Source of the DNA: Granulosicoccaceae bacterium | GTDB lineage: Bacteria > Pseudomonadota > Gammaproteobacteria > Granulosicoccales > Granulosicoccaceae | Length of the DNA stretch: 64,000 nucleotides | Direction: 5' to 3' | NCBI GenBank assembly: GCA_965214025.1 | Contig: CBDCAW010000008.1 | Coordinates: 4,434 to 68,433 of the forward strand | Part shown: positions 18,244 to 29,653 of the stretch, in pieces | Position numbering within the stretch: position 1 is the first letter of the stretch | Layout of the letters: every line of letters starts with the position of its first letter | Notes under the pieces: model-generated | Told to the model about the DNA's origin: nothing | Database searches by the model: none | Seen by the model: the letters and a program-made list of their open reading frames with translations, nothing else | Program-made: the position numbers and the translations under genes

Positions 18244-19005
18244 ATGCTGAAATCTGTCGTCCTCGTCGCCGCCCTGGCGTCAGCCCTGTCTGCAGGTGCC
18301 TCTGCGCAAAGCACAGAGACGTTGCGCGTCGGAATGTCCGGCGGTTACTTTCCTTTCACCTTCGTCCGCCAGGACAAGCTTCAGGGCTTCGAGGTCGATG
18401 TCATGAATGCCGTCGGCAAGGAGACCGGTCTCGACATCGATTTTGAAACGATGAGCTTCTCCGGCCTCGTGGGTGCACTGGAATCCGGCCGGATCGACAC
18501 GATCGCGAACCAGATCACCATCACACCGGAGCGCGAGGCGAAATTCGCCTTCACGCAGCCCTACGTCTTCGATGGTGCGCAGGTGGTTGTGAAGAAGGGG
18601 CAGGAGGGCGCGATCAAGGGCCCGGAAGATCTGAAGGGCCGAACGGTGGCCGTCAATCTCGGTTCGAACTTCGAGCAGTTGCTGGAGGAGCTGCCCTATG
18701 CCGACGAAATCAAGATCAAGACCTATGAGAACAATATCGCGCAGGACGTGGCGCTGGGCCGGGTCGACGCCTTCGTAATGGATCGCGTCTCCTCGGTACA
18801 ACTGATCGCGAAAAGTCCGTTGCCACTGGCACTGGCCGGTAAGCCTTTCAACAGTATTCGCAACGCACTGCCGTTTCGAGACGACGAAGCAGGCCGCGCG
18901 TTACGCGACAAGGTCGATGACGCGATGAGCACGCTGCACGAGAACGGAACATTGGCGAAGATATCCGACGAATGGTTCGACAGTGACATCACGGTTGCGG
19001 AGTAG
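18244..19005 (+). CDS. polar amino-acid ABC transporter substrate-binding protein (FliY/TcyA-like)
   Basis: Signal peptide, GFEVDV, GRIDTIANQITITPERE.KF.FTQPY. Confidence 0.92.
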   Translation: MLKSVVLVAALASALSAGASAQSTETLRVGMSGGYFPFTFVRQDKLQGFEVDVMNAVGKETGLDIDFETMSFSGLVGALESGRIDTIANQITITPEREAKFAFTQPYVFDGAQVVVKKGQEGAIKGPEDLKGRTVAVNLGSNFEQLLEELPYADEIKIKTYENNIAQDVALGRVDAFVMDRVSSVQLIAKSPLPLALAGKPFNSIRNALPFRDDEAGRALRDKVDDAMSTLHENGTLAKISDEWFDSDITVAE

Positions 19006-19011
19006 CCGTTG

Positions 19012-19686
19012 ATGCAAGGCCTGGACCTTGAGTACATGCTCGGCCTCGTGCCGGTGCTGTTGGGTTACGTTCCCCTGACGCTCGGCATGGCAGTTGCCAG
19101 CATGGTGCTGGCGCTGATTCTCGGCTCGCTCCTGGCAGTCGAGCGAGTGATTCGCGTGCCGGTCCTCGATCTGCTGGTCATGCTGTTCATCAGCTTCTTT
19201 CGCGGCACACCGCTTCTGGTTCAGCTCTTCCTGTTCTACTACGGGTTGCCTCAGGTGCTGTCGTTCCTCACGCAGATCAACGGCGTGACAGCGGCGATCA
19301 TGGGGCTGACATTGCACTTCTCCGCCTACATGGCCGAAAGCATTCGTGCCTCGATCGTCGGCGTCGATCGTAGCCAGTGGGAAGCCGCTCAGTCGATCGG
19401 CATGACGCAGGCGCAGATGATGCAGCGGATCATCCTGCCGCAGGCAGCCAGGGTCGCCGCACCGACGCTGGTCAACTATTTCATCGACATCATCAAGAGC
19501 ACATCCCTTGCGTTCACGCTCGGCGTGACCGAGATGATGGGCGCCGCGCAGAAGGAGGCTGCCGGCAGCTTTCTGTACTTCGAGGCCTTTCTGGTGGTTG
19601 CCATCATCTACTGGTTCATCGTGGAAGCTCTCTCACAAGTGCAGAAGCTGCTCGAAAAGCGGCTCAACCGAGCGTTCGCACGATGA
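19012..19686 (+). CDS. polar amino-acid ABC permease
   Basis: SFFRGTPLLVQLF, SAYMAESIR, GQWEAA-like SQWEAAQSIGM, IKSTSLAF. Confidence 0.95.
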   Translation: MQGLDLEYMLGLVPVLLGYVPLTLGMAVASMVLALILGSLLAVERVIRVPVLDLLVMLFISFFRGTPLLVQLFLFYYGLPQVLSFLTQINGVTAAIMGLTLHFSAYMAESIRASIVGVDRSQWEAAQSIGMTQAQMMQRIILPQAARVAAPTLVNYFIDIIKSTSLAFTLGVTEMMGAAQKEAAGSFLYFEAFLVVAIIYWFIVEALSQVQKLLEKRLNRAFAR

Positions 19687-20414
19687 TATCGATTCAAGGT
19701 CTCGACAAGCGGTTCGGGAACACGGTCGTTCTTCAGGGTATCGATCTCGAAATCGCCGATGGCGAACGGATCGTGGTGATCGGCCCATCGGGCACCGGCA
19801 AATCGACGTTGCTACGCTGCCTGAACTTTCTCGACCGCCCGGAAGCAGGACGCATCCGCATCGGTGATCTCGATGTGGATGTGGCGAAGGCCGGTAAGGC
19901 CGACATTCTCGCCTTGCGGCGCCGAACCGCCTTCGTGTTCCAGAACTATGCGCTGTTCGCCAACCGGACAGCTCGGCAGAACATTACCGAGGCGTTGACA
20001 GTCGTGCAGAAAAGGTCACGGACCGATGCCGAGGCTCGCGCCGACGACATTCTTCGCGATACCGGCCTGTCCGACAAGGCCGACGCCTATCCAGCCGCAC
20101 TCTCGGGCGGCCAACAGCAGCGAGTCGGCATCGGACGCGCCATGGCTCTCGACGCCGAGCTCATGCTGTTCGATGAGCCGACCTCGGCTCTCGACCCCGA
20201 ATGGGTCGGCGAGGTTCTGGATCTCATGCGTCGCGTTGCCGAACGTCGGCAGACCATGCTGATCGTCACCCACGAAATGCAATTCGCTCGCGAAATCGCC
20301 GATCGGATCATCTTCATGGAGGGCGGGCGCATTGTCGAACAGGGACCACCGCAACAACTCTTCGATGCCCCTCAGGATCCACGAACCCGGGAATTTCTCA
20401 AAAGGGTCGGTTAG
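19683..20414 (+). CDS. polar amino-acid ABC ATP-binding protein
   Basis: [34 protein letters not shown]. Start at ATG 19683 overlaps the permease stop. Confidence 0.95.
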   Translation: MISIQGLDKRFGNTVVLQGIDLEIADGERIVVIGPSGTGKSTLLRCLNFLDRPEAGRIRIGDLDVDVAKAGKADILALRRRTAFVFQNYALFANRTARQNITEALTVVQKRSRTDAEARADDILRDTGLSDKADAYPAALSGGQQQRVGIGRAMALDAELMLFDEPTSALDPEWVGEVLDLMRRVAERRQTMLIVTHEMQFAREIADRIIFMEGGRIVEQGPPQQLFDAPQDPRTREFLKRVG

Positions 20415-21389
20415 ATGGCGGACCCTGCGAAACAGCTACACTCTCCCCGTGCGCTCGAGATATTCTCACTCGTCGCTCAGACCGGCAGTTTGCAGGAAAC
20501 GGCCCGGGCTCTGGGCCTGAGCGCCTCGGCGGCTTCCCAGCAACTGAGGAGGCTCGAGGAGACCCTCGGCCATGCACTGATCGATCACGATCACCGACCA
20601 TTGAGCCTGACGCGCGCCGGGCACACGTATCTGGTGCATGCGCGCGAGGCACTCCGGCAGCTTCGCCAGGGCGAGATCGCGCTGGCACTGATCGACCTTA
20701 CGCGGCTACGTTCTCTGCGGCTCGGTGTCATCGACGACTTCGACAGCGATGTAACGCCACGACTTGCAGTATCGCTGGCCAGCGTACTGACTCAGTGCGA
20801 GTTCTCACTGAAGACAGCACCAAGCCATCAGATTCTCGAGGCGCTGGCTGCGGGCAGGCTGGATTTCGGTATTGCCACGCGCCCGTCCGAGCTCGCTGCC
20901 GGCTTGCAGGAGACCACGTTGCTACGCGATCCATTCGTACTGGCCGTGCCACATGGTCTGTTGTCAGAACCGCCCGCCACGTTGTCGGCGATGAGCTTCC
21001 TGCCGTTTCTGCGCTACGACGAAGCTCAGCTCATCGGTCGCCAGATTGCCGCGGAACTCGCCTGGCGGCGGCTGGACTTGCCAGGCAGAATGACGCTGGA
21101 CAGCAACCAGGTGCTGTTCGGTCTGATTGCCGCCGGTGAGGGTTGGGCCATCACCACCCCGCTAGGGTTTCAACGCGCACAGCGTTTTCGCACGCAGGTT
21201 GACCTGCACCCGCTGCCGTTCGTCGGCTTCTCGCGCCTCATATCACTGTTTCGGCTCGATGAGTGGCCGGACGAAGTGCCGGATATCATCGCCGGCACCT
21301 TGCGCGAGACACTGCGCGAACAGCTTGTCGGGCCAGTCGTTGCCCGCCTGCCCTGGCTCGCGGATCATCTGTCGATCTTGCCAGAGTGA
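20415..21389 (+). CDS. LysR-family transcriptional regulator
   Basis: N-terminal HTH (GSL..TARALGLSASAASQQLRRLEE.LG) plus substrate-binding domain. Confidence 0.93.
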   Translation: MADPAKQLHSPRALEIFSLVAQTGSLQETARALGLSASAASQQLRRLEETLGHALIDHDHRPLSLTRAGHTYLVHAREALRQLRQGEIALALIDLTRLRSLRLGVIDDFDSDVTPRLAVSLASVLTQCEFSLKTAPSHQILEALAAGRLDFGIATRPSELAAGLQETTLLRDPFVLAVPHGLLSEPPATLSAMSFLPFLRYDEAQLIGRQIAAELAWRRLDLPGRMTLDSNQVLFGLIAAGEGWAITTPLGFQRAQRFRTQVDLHPLPFVGFSRLISLFRLDEWPDEVPDIIAGTLRETLREQLVGPVVARLPWLADHLSILPE

Positions 21390-21449
21390 ACCGCGAGCCA
21401 GGCCGCGACTTTGGGCTGATCGATGACAGACCCTAGAGCAAACAGACCC

Positions 21450-22988
21450 CTAGAGCAAAATGTTGAACTCACCCCGAATACGCGCTTCAGCCTCACCCGT
21501 CAGGTAGGTCGGGTGATGGGTGTCGAGGGTCGTCCGGGCAATGTCGCGCGCACGCTCCTGCGCGGTCGGGCGGCCTTTCTCCGTCCAAGTCACCGGTGCA
21601 TCCCGGTCGGCGACTCGCGGATAGAAATAGTCGCGTTGCATGGCAGCGACGGTATGTGCCTCACCGAGAAAGTGCCCTTCGCCCAGTACGGCATCACGAA
21701 TGGCTTCGAAACCGAGCGTGTCTTCATCGACCTCGATGCCACGCAAGGTACGGTAGATCAGCGAGTGCATTTCATCGTCGAGCACGAACCCCTCGAAGGA
21801 GACGCCCAGTAGTGAGGCTGTCATGCCAGAGGATTCGTAGACGAGGTTGCCGCCGGCGAGACCGGCGGCCAGTGCGCTCAACCCCTTCTCCATGCCGTAC
21901 TGAGCATCGATGGCCTTCGCGTCGGTCATCGATGCCGCGATGCCTGAGGGCAAACCGAGCCAGTTGGATAGCTGCGCCGAGGCGGCGTTCATGACGGCTA
22001 TCTCCCCCCCACCTCCCACGAAGGAGCCGGTTCGCAAGTCGATTACCAATGGCCAGTTGGAGAACACCATCGGATAACCAGGCTCGAAGACGTTCACCAT
22101 CATGAGGCTGGCGAGTGTCTCGGCAAATGACTGCGCCAAAAAACCCGCAAGCGTGGCTGGTGCTGTGGCACCGGCCTGTGCGGCCGTGATGCAGGAGATG
22201 GGCAGCCCGTAGCGCATGCATTCGAGCGTTACCGCCACGGCATCCTCGCCGAAGCGCATGGGCGAGATCACCGGGCTGATGTGCGCCTTCAGAAATGGCC
22301 GTTCACGGAACAGCTCATTCGTGGACGTGCCCTCGCCACCGAGCGCGACGTCCACCATGCGCATGATCGGCGCCACGTGTTCGGCCACCGTGAACGAGGT
22401 GGCCACCGGCTTGGTCGTACCCTTCAGCAGCGCGAAGACAGTGTTGATATCGAGATCGAGAATATCCGGGCAATCGGTGGCCACACAGCAACGGGTAAAC
22501 CAGCTGACATTGCTCAGCGTGTCCTGCAGACGAGTGAAGTCGTAGAGGTCGCGCAGCGTCGAGGGACGATAGTGCCCGCTGTCGAGATCCAGAGTTTGTA
22601 CCGCCGCCCCACCCGTGCCGAAATACACGCGCCTGCCGCCAACTTCGATCGTTCGGTCCGCCTCACGACCGTGGAAGAAGAAGGACTTGGCAGCATTCCG
22701 GATGTTGTGTTCGACCATTTCCCTCGGAAACACAAGCCGATCCCCGGCCCGGCTGGCGCCCTGCGCAATGAAGCGCCGTTCGAGCACCTCGGGCACCTCG
22801 CCCATGCCCAGCTCCCCGAGTAGTCGCAGTGCACACGCGTAGATGGCCTGCAGGTCACCCTCACCCAGCGGACGATAGGCACCACCCGGTTGCCCGGGTG
22901 GACAGGGATCGATCGTGGGGGGCGCTGCGCGGGCAGCGAGCTTGGCAGCCCGCCCACCCCCACGGCGTGATCGCGGCTTCTGTGACAT
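21450..22988 (-). CDS. trimethylamine methyltransferase (MttB) family protein, non-pyrrolysine type
   Basis: FGTGGAAV, ISPVISPMRF, AGATAPATLAG, DAKAIDAQYGMEK, AGGNLVYESSGM. No in-frame TAG. Confidence 0.9.
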   Translation of the reverse strand: MSQKPRSRRGGGRAAKLAARAAPPTIDPCPPGQPGGAYRPLGEGDLQAIYACALRLLGELGMGEVPEVLERRFIAQGASRAGDRLVFPREMVEHNIRNAAKSFFFHGREADRTIEVGGRRVYFGTGGAAVQTLDLDSGHYRPSTLRDLYDFTRLQDTLSNVSWFTRCCVATDCPDILDLDINTVFALLKGTTKPVATSFTVAEHVAPIMRMVDVALGGEGTSTNELFRERPFLKAHISPVISPMRFGEDAVAVTLECMRYGLPISCITAAQAGATAPATLAGFLAQSFAETLASLMMVNVFEPGYPMVFSNWPLVIDLRTGSFVGGGGEIAVMNAASAQLSNWLGLPSGIAASMTDAKAIDAQYGMEKGLSALAAGLAGGNLVYESSGMTASLLGVSFEGFVLDDEMHSLIYRTLRGIEVDEDTLGFEAIRDAVLGEGHFLGEAHTVAAMQRDYFYPRVADRDAPVTWTEKGRPTAQERARDIARTTLDTHHPTYLTGEAEARIRGEFNILL

Positions 22989-23330
22989 CTGGTGCGCGTG
23001 CTCTGTAGTTCGTGTGCCTTGCGGTTTTACTGCATGCTAAGCGCAGCTCATCCGGGGGTACAAGCACGACACGTAGGTTCAATGCTCGTATTCGGAAATC
23101 GTGTGACGCGAATGTGGATTGTCGAAATCGGCTGTCCGCCGATTGACCGTTGGCGAGCCATGAGCAAGAGTGAGTCCAGTGGTTCTTCCTCACGATAATG
23201 ACGGGTTCAGCGTGGTTATCGTGGGAAGGACCATAGAGAGTGTGCGCGGGAATATCCAGCGGGAAGTGTTCGCGCAAGTCATTCGCGGCAGAGGTGCGCA
23301 CACCGAGTGAGCGGGGAATTCGTGGGGAGA

Positions 23331-25754
23331 ATGATGAAGAGTCAGACGCGTGTCGTGGTGATCGGTGGCGGAATCGCCGGGTGCTCGACGCTCTATCACC
23401 TGACGCGGGAGGGTTGGGCCGACGTGGTGCTGATCGAGCGTGATGAACTCACCTCGGGCACGACATGGCATTCGGCGGCGCAGGTCACCAACTTCGGCAT
23501 GAACCAGACGATGATCGGCCTGAAGAGCCATTCCATCGCACTGTACCGCGAACTCGCGGCAGACCCGGAACACCCGATCAACTATCACCACGGTGACGGT
23601 GGCATACGGCTCGCCAACGACGAGCGTCAGATGGACGCATACCGACACTTCGCCAGTGTCGCGAAGGGTATGGGGGTGGAGCTGGAAGTGATCGATGCCG
23701 CCGAGTGCGCGCGTCGTCACCCACTGATCTCCACCACCGATCTGCTCGGTGGTCTTTGGGACCCGATGGACGGCGATATCGATCCGGCGCAACTGTGCCA
23801 GGCCCTGGCGCGTCGCGCACGAGCTGCTGGTGCCGAGATCTATCGTCATACGCCGGTGACCGCACTGACGCAGCAGCCGGACGCTAGCTGGATCGTTCAC
23901 ACCGACCAGGGCGATATCACCTGCGAGATCGTCGTGAACGCCGGTGGCTATCGGGTCAATGAGGTCGGGGCGATGATGGGAGTGCAGCATCCGGTGACGT
24001 CGATGGAGCATCAGTACTTCCTGACCGATCCGATCGAGTCGTTGCAGCAGCGCGACACGCGCGTGCCACTGTTGCGCTGCCCGATCTCGGACTTCTACTC
24101 CCGCCAGGAAAAGGACGGCCTGCTGATCGGATTCTACGAGCAGGACTGTCGCACCTGGGGCATGGATGGCATCGATCCGAACTTCGTCAACGCCCTGTGC
24201 CCGGATGACCTCGACCGTGTCAGCGATGTGCTCGAAGGCGTGTTCGAACGCATGCCGTTACTGATGGATGTGGGCATCCGGTCGATCGTCAACGGCCCGA
24301 TTACCTACACGATAGACGGCGCACCACTGGTCGGCCCCATCCCCGGAAAGCGCAACGCCTTCTGCATCATCGGCCTGCGTGCCGGGCTTGGCGAAGGCGG
24401 TGGTCATGGTTGGCTGCTGGCGCAGCAGATCGTCCACGGTGAGGCGACGCTGGACACGTGGGCGGTCGATCCGCGGCGTTTCGCCGGGCATGCCAATGTC
24501 GAACTCTGCGCACTGAAGGCCATCGAAGACTACCAGAACGAGTTCAGGTTCCACTACCCACACGAACATCGTCCTGCCGGTCGTCCGATGAAGACCACAG
24601 CGCTGACTCCACTGCTCGAGAGTGCCGGCGCGGAGTTCGGGGTGGTCAACGGTTGGGAACGCGTCGCTTACATCAAGCCAGACCCCGACTTCCGCGAAAC
24701 TCACACTTTTCGCTTCAACGAAACCTTCGATGTCGTCGCCGCCGAGGTGAAGGTCGTGCAGAGCGCAGTCGGCATCAGTGAGATCAATGGCTTCAACCGC
24801 TTCGAGATCACCGGCCGGGGCGCCCACGACTGGCTCGATACTCTGATCTGCGGGTCGGTCCCCCGCCGTCAGGGATCGATGGGGCTGGGCTATCTGCTGA
24901 ACCACCACGGCAACGTCAAGGCCGAGGCCACACTCGCCAACCTGGATGAAGACACACTCTGGTATGGCTCGGCAGCGACGGCCGAACTGCACGACATGGA
25001 CTGGCTGCAGTCGCATGCACCGACCGATGGCTCTATTCGTATCCGATCGCTGACCAACGAGTGGACCATCATTCTGCTGGCCGGCCCCAGATCACGCGAG
25101 GTGTTGTCCGCCGTATCGCGTGACGACTGGAGTGCAAGCGGATTCCCCTGGCTGCAGGTGCGGAGTGCGTTCATCGGCATCGCACCGGCGGTGGTCATGG
25201 CGGTCAGTTTTTCAGGGGAGCTGGCCTACGAGGTTCACGTGCCGAACAACCAGTTGCAGGCCGCCTGGCACGCACTGCAAGCCGCGGGCAAACCCCTCGG
25301 AATGCGCTTGTTCGGCGCTCACGCCATCGATTCGATGCGGCTGGAGAAAGGCTATCGCCACTGGAAGGCCGATCTGGTCACCGAATACAACCCCTTCGAA
25401 TCATCCCTCGAGCGCTTCGTTCGTCTGGACAAGGGCGAGTTCATCGGTCGGCAGGCGTTGCAGGCAATGCACAAGCGTGGCCCTCGGCGGCGGTTCGTGT
25501 CGCTGGCGATTGACTGTACCCATGCACCTTCGCACGGTGGCGCCAGCATCCGGGTCGACGGCCGCGTCGTCGGTACGGTGACATCGGCCGGCTGGGGATA
25601 CCGCACCGGGCTGAATCTCTGCATGGGTTTCGTGGAACCTAAGCTGGCGAACCCGGGTAACCACTTGAGCGTGGATGTACTGGGCAGGGCTGAAAGCGCC
25701 GAAGTCGTCGAGTCTTGCCTGTACGATCCGGACAACCTTCGCGTACGGAGCTGA
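23331..25754 (+). CDS. dimethylglycine dehydrogenase-like FAD/THF oxidoreductase (GcvT family)
   Basis: IGGGIAG, ELTSGTTWHSA, NGPITYTIDG, SMRLEKGY, VTSAGWGYR. DAO + GcvT architecture. Confidence 0.92.
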   Translation: MMKSQTRVVVIGGGIAGCSTLYHLTREGWADVVLIERDELTSGTTWHSAAQVTNFGMNQTMIGLKSHSIALYRELAADPEHPINYHHGDGGIRLANDERQMDAYRHFASVAKGMGVELEVIDAAECARRHPLISTTDLLGGLWDPMDGDIDPAQLCQALARRARAAGAEIYRHTPVTALTQQPDASWIVHTDQGDITCEIVVNAGGYRVNEVGAMMGVQHPVTSMEHQYFLTDPIESLQQRDTRVPLLRCPISDFYSRQEKDGLLIGFYEQDCRTWGMDGIDPNFVNALCPDDLDRVSDVLEGVFERMPLLMDVGIRSIVNGPITYTIDGAPLVGPIPGKRNAFCIIGLRAGLGEGGGHGWLLAQQIVHGEATLDTWAVDPRRFAGHANVELCALKAIEDYQNEFRFHYPHEHRPAGRPMKTTALTPLLESAGAEFGVVNGWERVAYIKPDPDFRETHTFRFNETFDVVAAEVKVVQSAVGISEINGFNRFEITGRGAHDWLDTLICGSVPRRQGSMGLGYLLNHHGNVKAEATLANLDEDTLWYGSAATAELHDMDWLQSHAPTDGSIRIRSLTNEWTIILLAGPRSREVLSAVSRDDWSASGFPWLQVRSAFIGIAPAVVMAVSFSGELAYEVHVPNNQLQAAWHALQAAGKPLGMRLFGAHAIDSMRLEKGYRHWKADLVTEYNPFESSLERFVRLDKGEFIGRQALQAMHKRGPRRRFVSLAIDCTHAPSHGGASIRVDGRVVGTVTSAGWGYRTGLNLCMGFVEPKLANPGNHLSVDVLGRAESAEVVESCLYDPDNLRVRS

Positions 25755-25866
25755 GCGCGGCTGAGCACGATGGAATCAACAACACCATGGAATCAGCCTC
25801 GTAGCAATCGTTGCAGAACTGGCTATCGTGTGTTTCGATCTTCGGCTTTCCTCGGAGATTCGGCAC

Positions 25867-26820
25867 ATGAACCAGCGAGCCATCGGCCAAAGCGGCCTGT
25901 CCACCCCACCGCTCGTACTCGGTGGCAATGTCTTCGGTTGGACCGCGGACAAAGCCATGAGCTTCCGATTGCTGGATGCCTTCGTCGACGGTGGCGGCAC
26001 GATGATCGATACGGCGCAGATGTACTCCCACTGGGTGCCAGGCCACAGCGGTGGTGAATCTGAAACGGTAATCGGCCAATGGCTTGCCGATCGCGGTTCG
26101 CGCGACAAGGTACAGATCGCGACCAAGGCCAGCGGCCGCAAGGGGGAGTCCGGTGGCTTCCTGCAGCCAGATCGCATCCGCAGCGGGCTCGACGACTCGT
26201 TGCGACGACTGCAAAGCGATCACGTCGATCTGTTCTACGCCCATTTCGATGATCCGGACACACCACTGGTCGACACGCTTGCCACCTTCGATGAGCTGGT
26301 GAACAGCGGCAAGGTGCGCGCGATAGCCGCCTCCAACTACAGCGCCGAGCGGCTTGCCGCCGCACTGGCCATCAGCGATGAGCGTGGCTACGCTCGCTTC
26401 GAGGCCATGCAACCGTTGTACAGCCTGGTCGAGCGTACCGAGTTCGAAGGTGACCTGCAGCAGCTCTGCCAATCCGAAGCACTGGGTGTGTTTACCTACT
26501 TCTCGCTGGCCAGCGGGTACCTGACGGGCAAGTACCGCAACGCTGGCGACCTGGATGGCGCGAGCCGGGGCAGCATGGTCAAGGACTATCTGAACGGATC
26601 GGGTCCGGACATCCTTGCCGTCATGGACAGTATTGCGAACGAGAGCGGCGCCAGCCACTCACAGATCGCGCTCGCCTGGCTGATGGCTCGGCCCGGCGTC
26701 ACCGCACCGATCGCCAGTGCGACCAGGCTGTCGCACATCGAGGACATGCTTGCGGCGATGAATCTGACGTTGAGCGACGAGCAACTCACCAGGCTCACCG
26801 AGATCAGCAGGCCCACGTAA
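25867..26820 (+). CDS. aldo/keto reductase
   Basis: LGGNVFGWT, IDTAQMY, SETVIG, IATK, DLFYAH, IAASNY, PIASAT. Confidence 0.93.
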   Translation: MNQRAIGQSGLSTPPLVLGGNVFGWTADKAMSFRLLDAFVDGGGTMIDTAQMYSHWVPGHSGGESETVIGQWLADRGSRDKVQIATKASGRKGESGGFLQPDRIRSGLDDSLRRLQSDHVDLFYAHFDDPDTPLVDTLATFDELVNSGKVRAIAASNYSAERLAAALAISDERGYARFEAMQPLYSLVERTEFEGDLQQLCQSEALGVFTYFSLASGYLTGKYRNAGDLDGASRGSMVKDYLNGSGPDILAVMDSIANESGASHSQIALAWLMARPGVTAPIASATRLSHIEDMLAAMNLTLSDEQLTRLTEISRPT

Positions 26821-26883
26821 TGCGGCCTGCGCTGCGATCGCACTCGATGGTTGGCTGAATGCGCTGAATGGCTGAATCGCACT

Positions 26884-26941
26884 CGAATGGTTGAATGACT
26901 GAATGACTGAATGACTGAATGGTTGAATGGTTGAATGACTG
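26884..26941. repeat. 8-bp unit tandem repeat (TGAATGAC/TGAATGGT) x7
   Basis: cgaatggt (tgaatgac)3 (tgaatggt)2 tgaatgac. Degenerate copies extend back to about 26855. Confidence 0.95.
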
Positions 26942-26953
26942 GTCAGTTCAACA

Positions 26954-29479
<2,526 letters not shown>

Positions 29480-29489
29480 CACGACTGAT

Positions 29490-29514
29490 GCGGTGTCGGC
29501 ACTGCCGACACCGC
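29490..29514. terminator. GC hairpin between convergent katG and ggt
   Basis: gcggtgtcggc-act-gccgacaccgc, an 11-bp perfect stem with no clear U-tract. Confidence 0.5.
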
Positions 29515-29653
29515 CGTGCCGCACGACGACTCCTCCAGAATCGAGCTCGCAGCAACGCGAAACTGTCGCTCAGTTTCGCGGCCTATCGGTACTGAACCTC
29601 ACTTACCCGTCCTATTGCTACCAAACCTCGCTGCAGCAACAGGCAGGCGAAAC

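Noticed and set aside
21450-22988. Pyrrolysine-containing MttB
   Set aside because: The ORF is continuous with no in-frame amber codon, and there are no pyl genes in the window.
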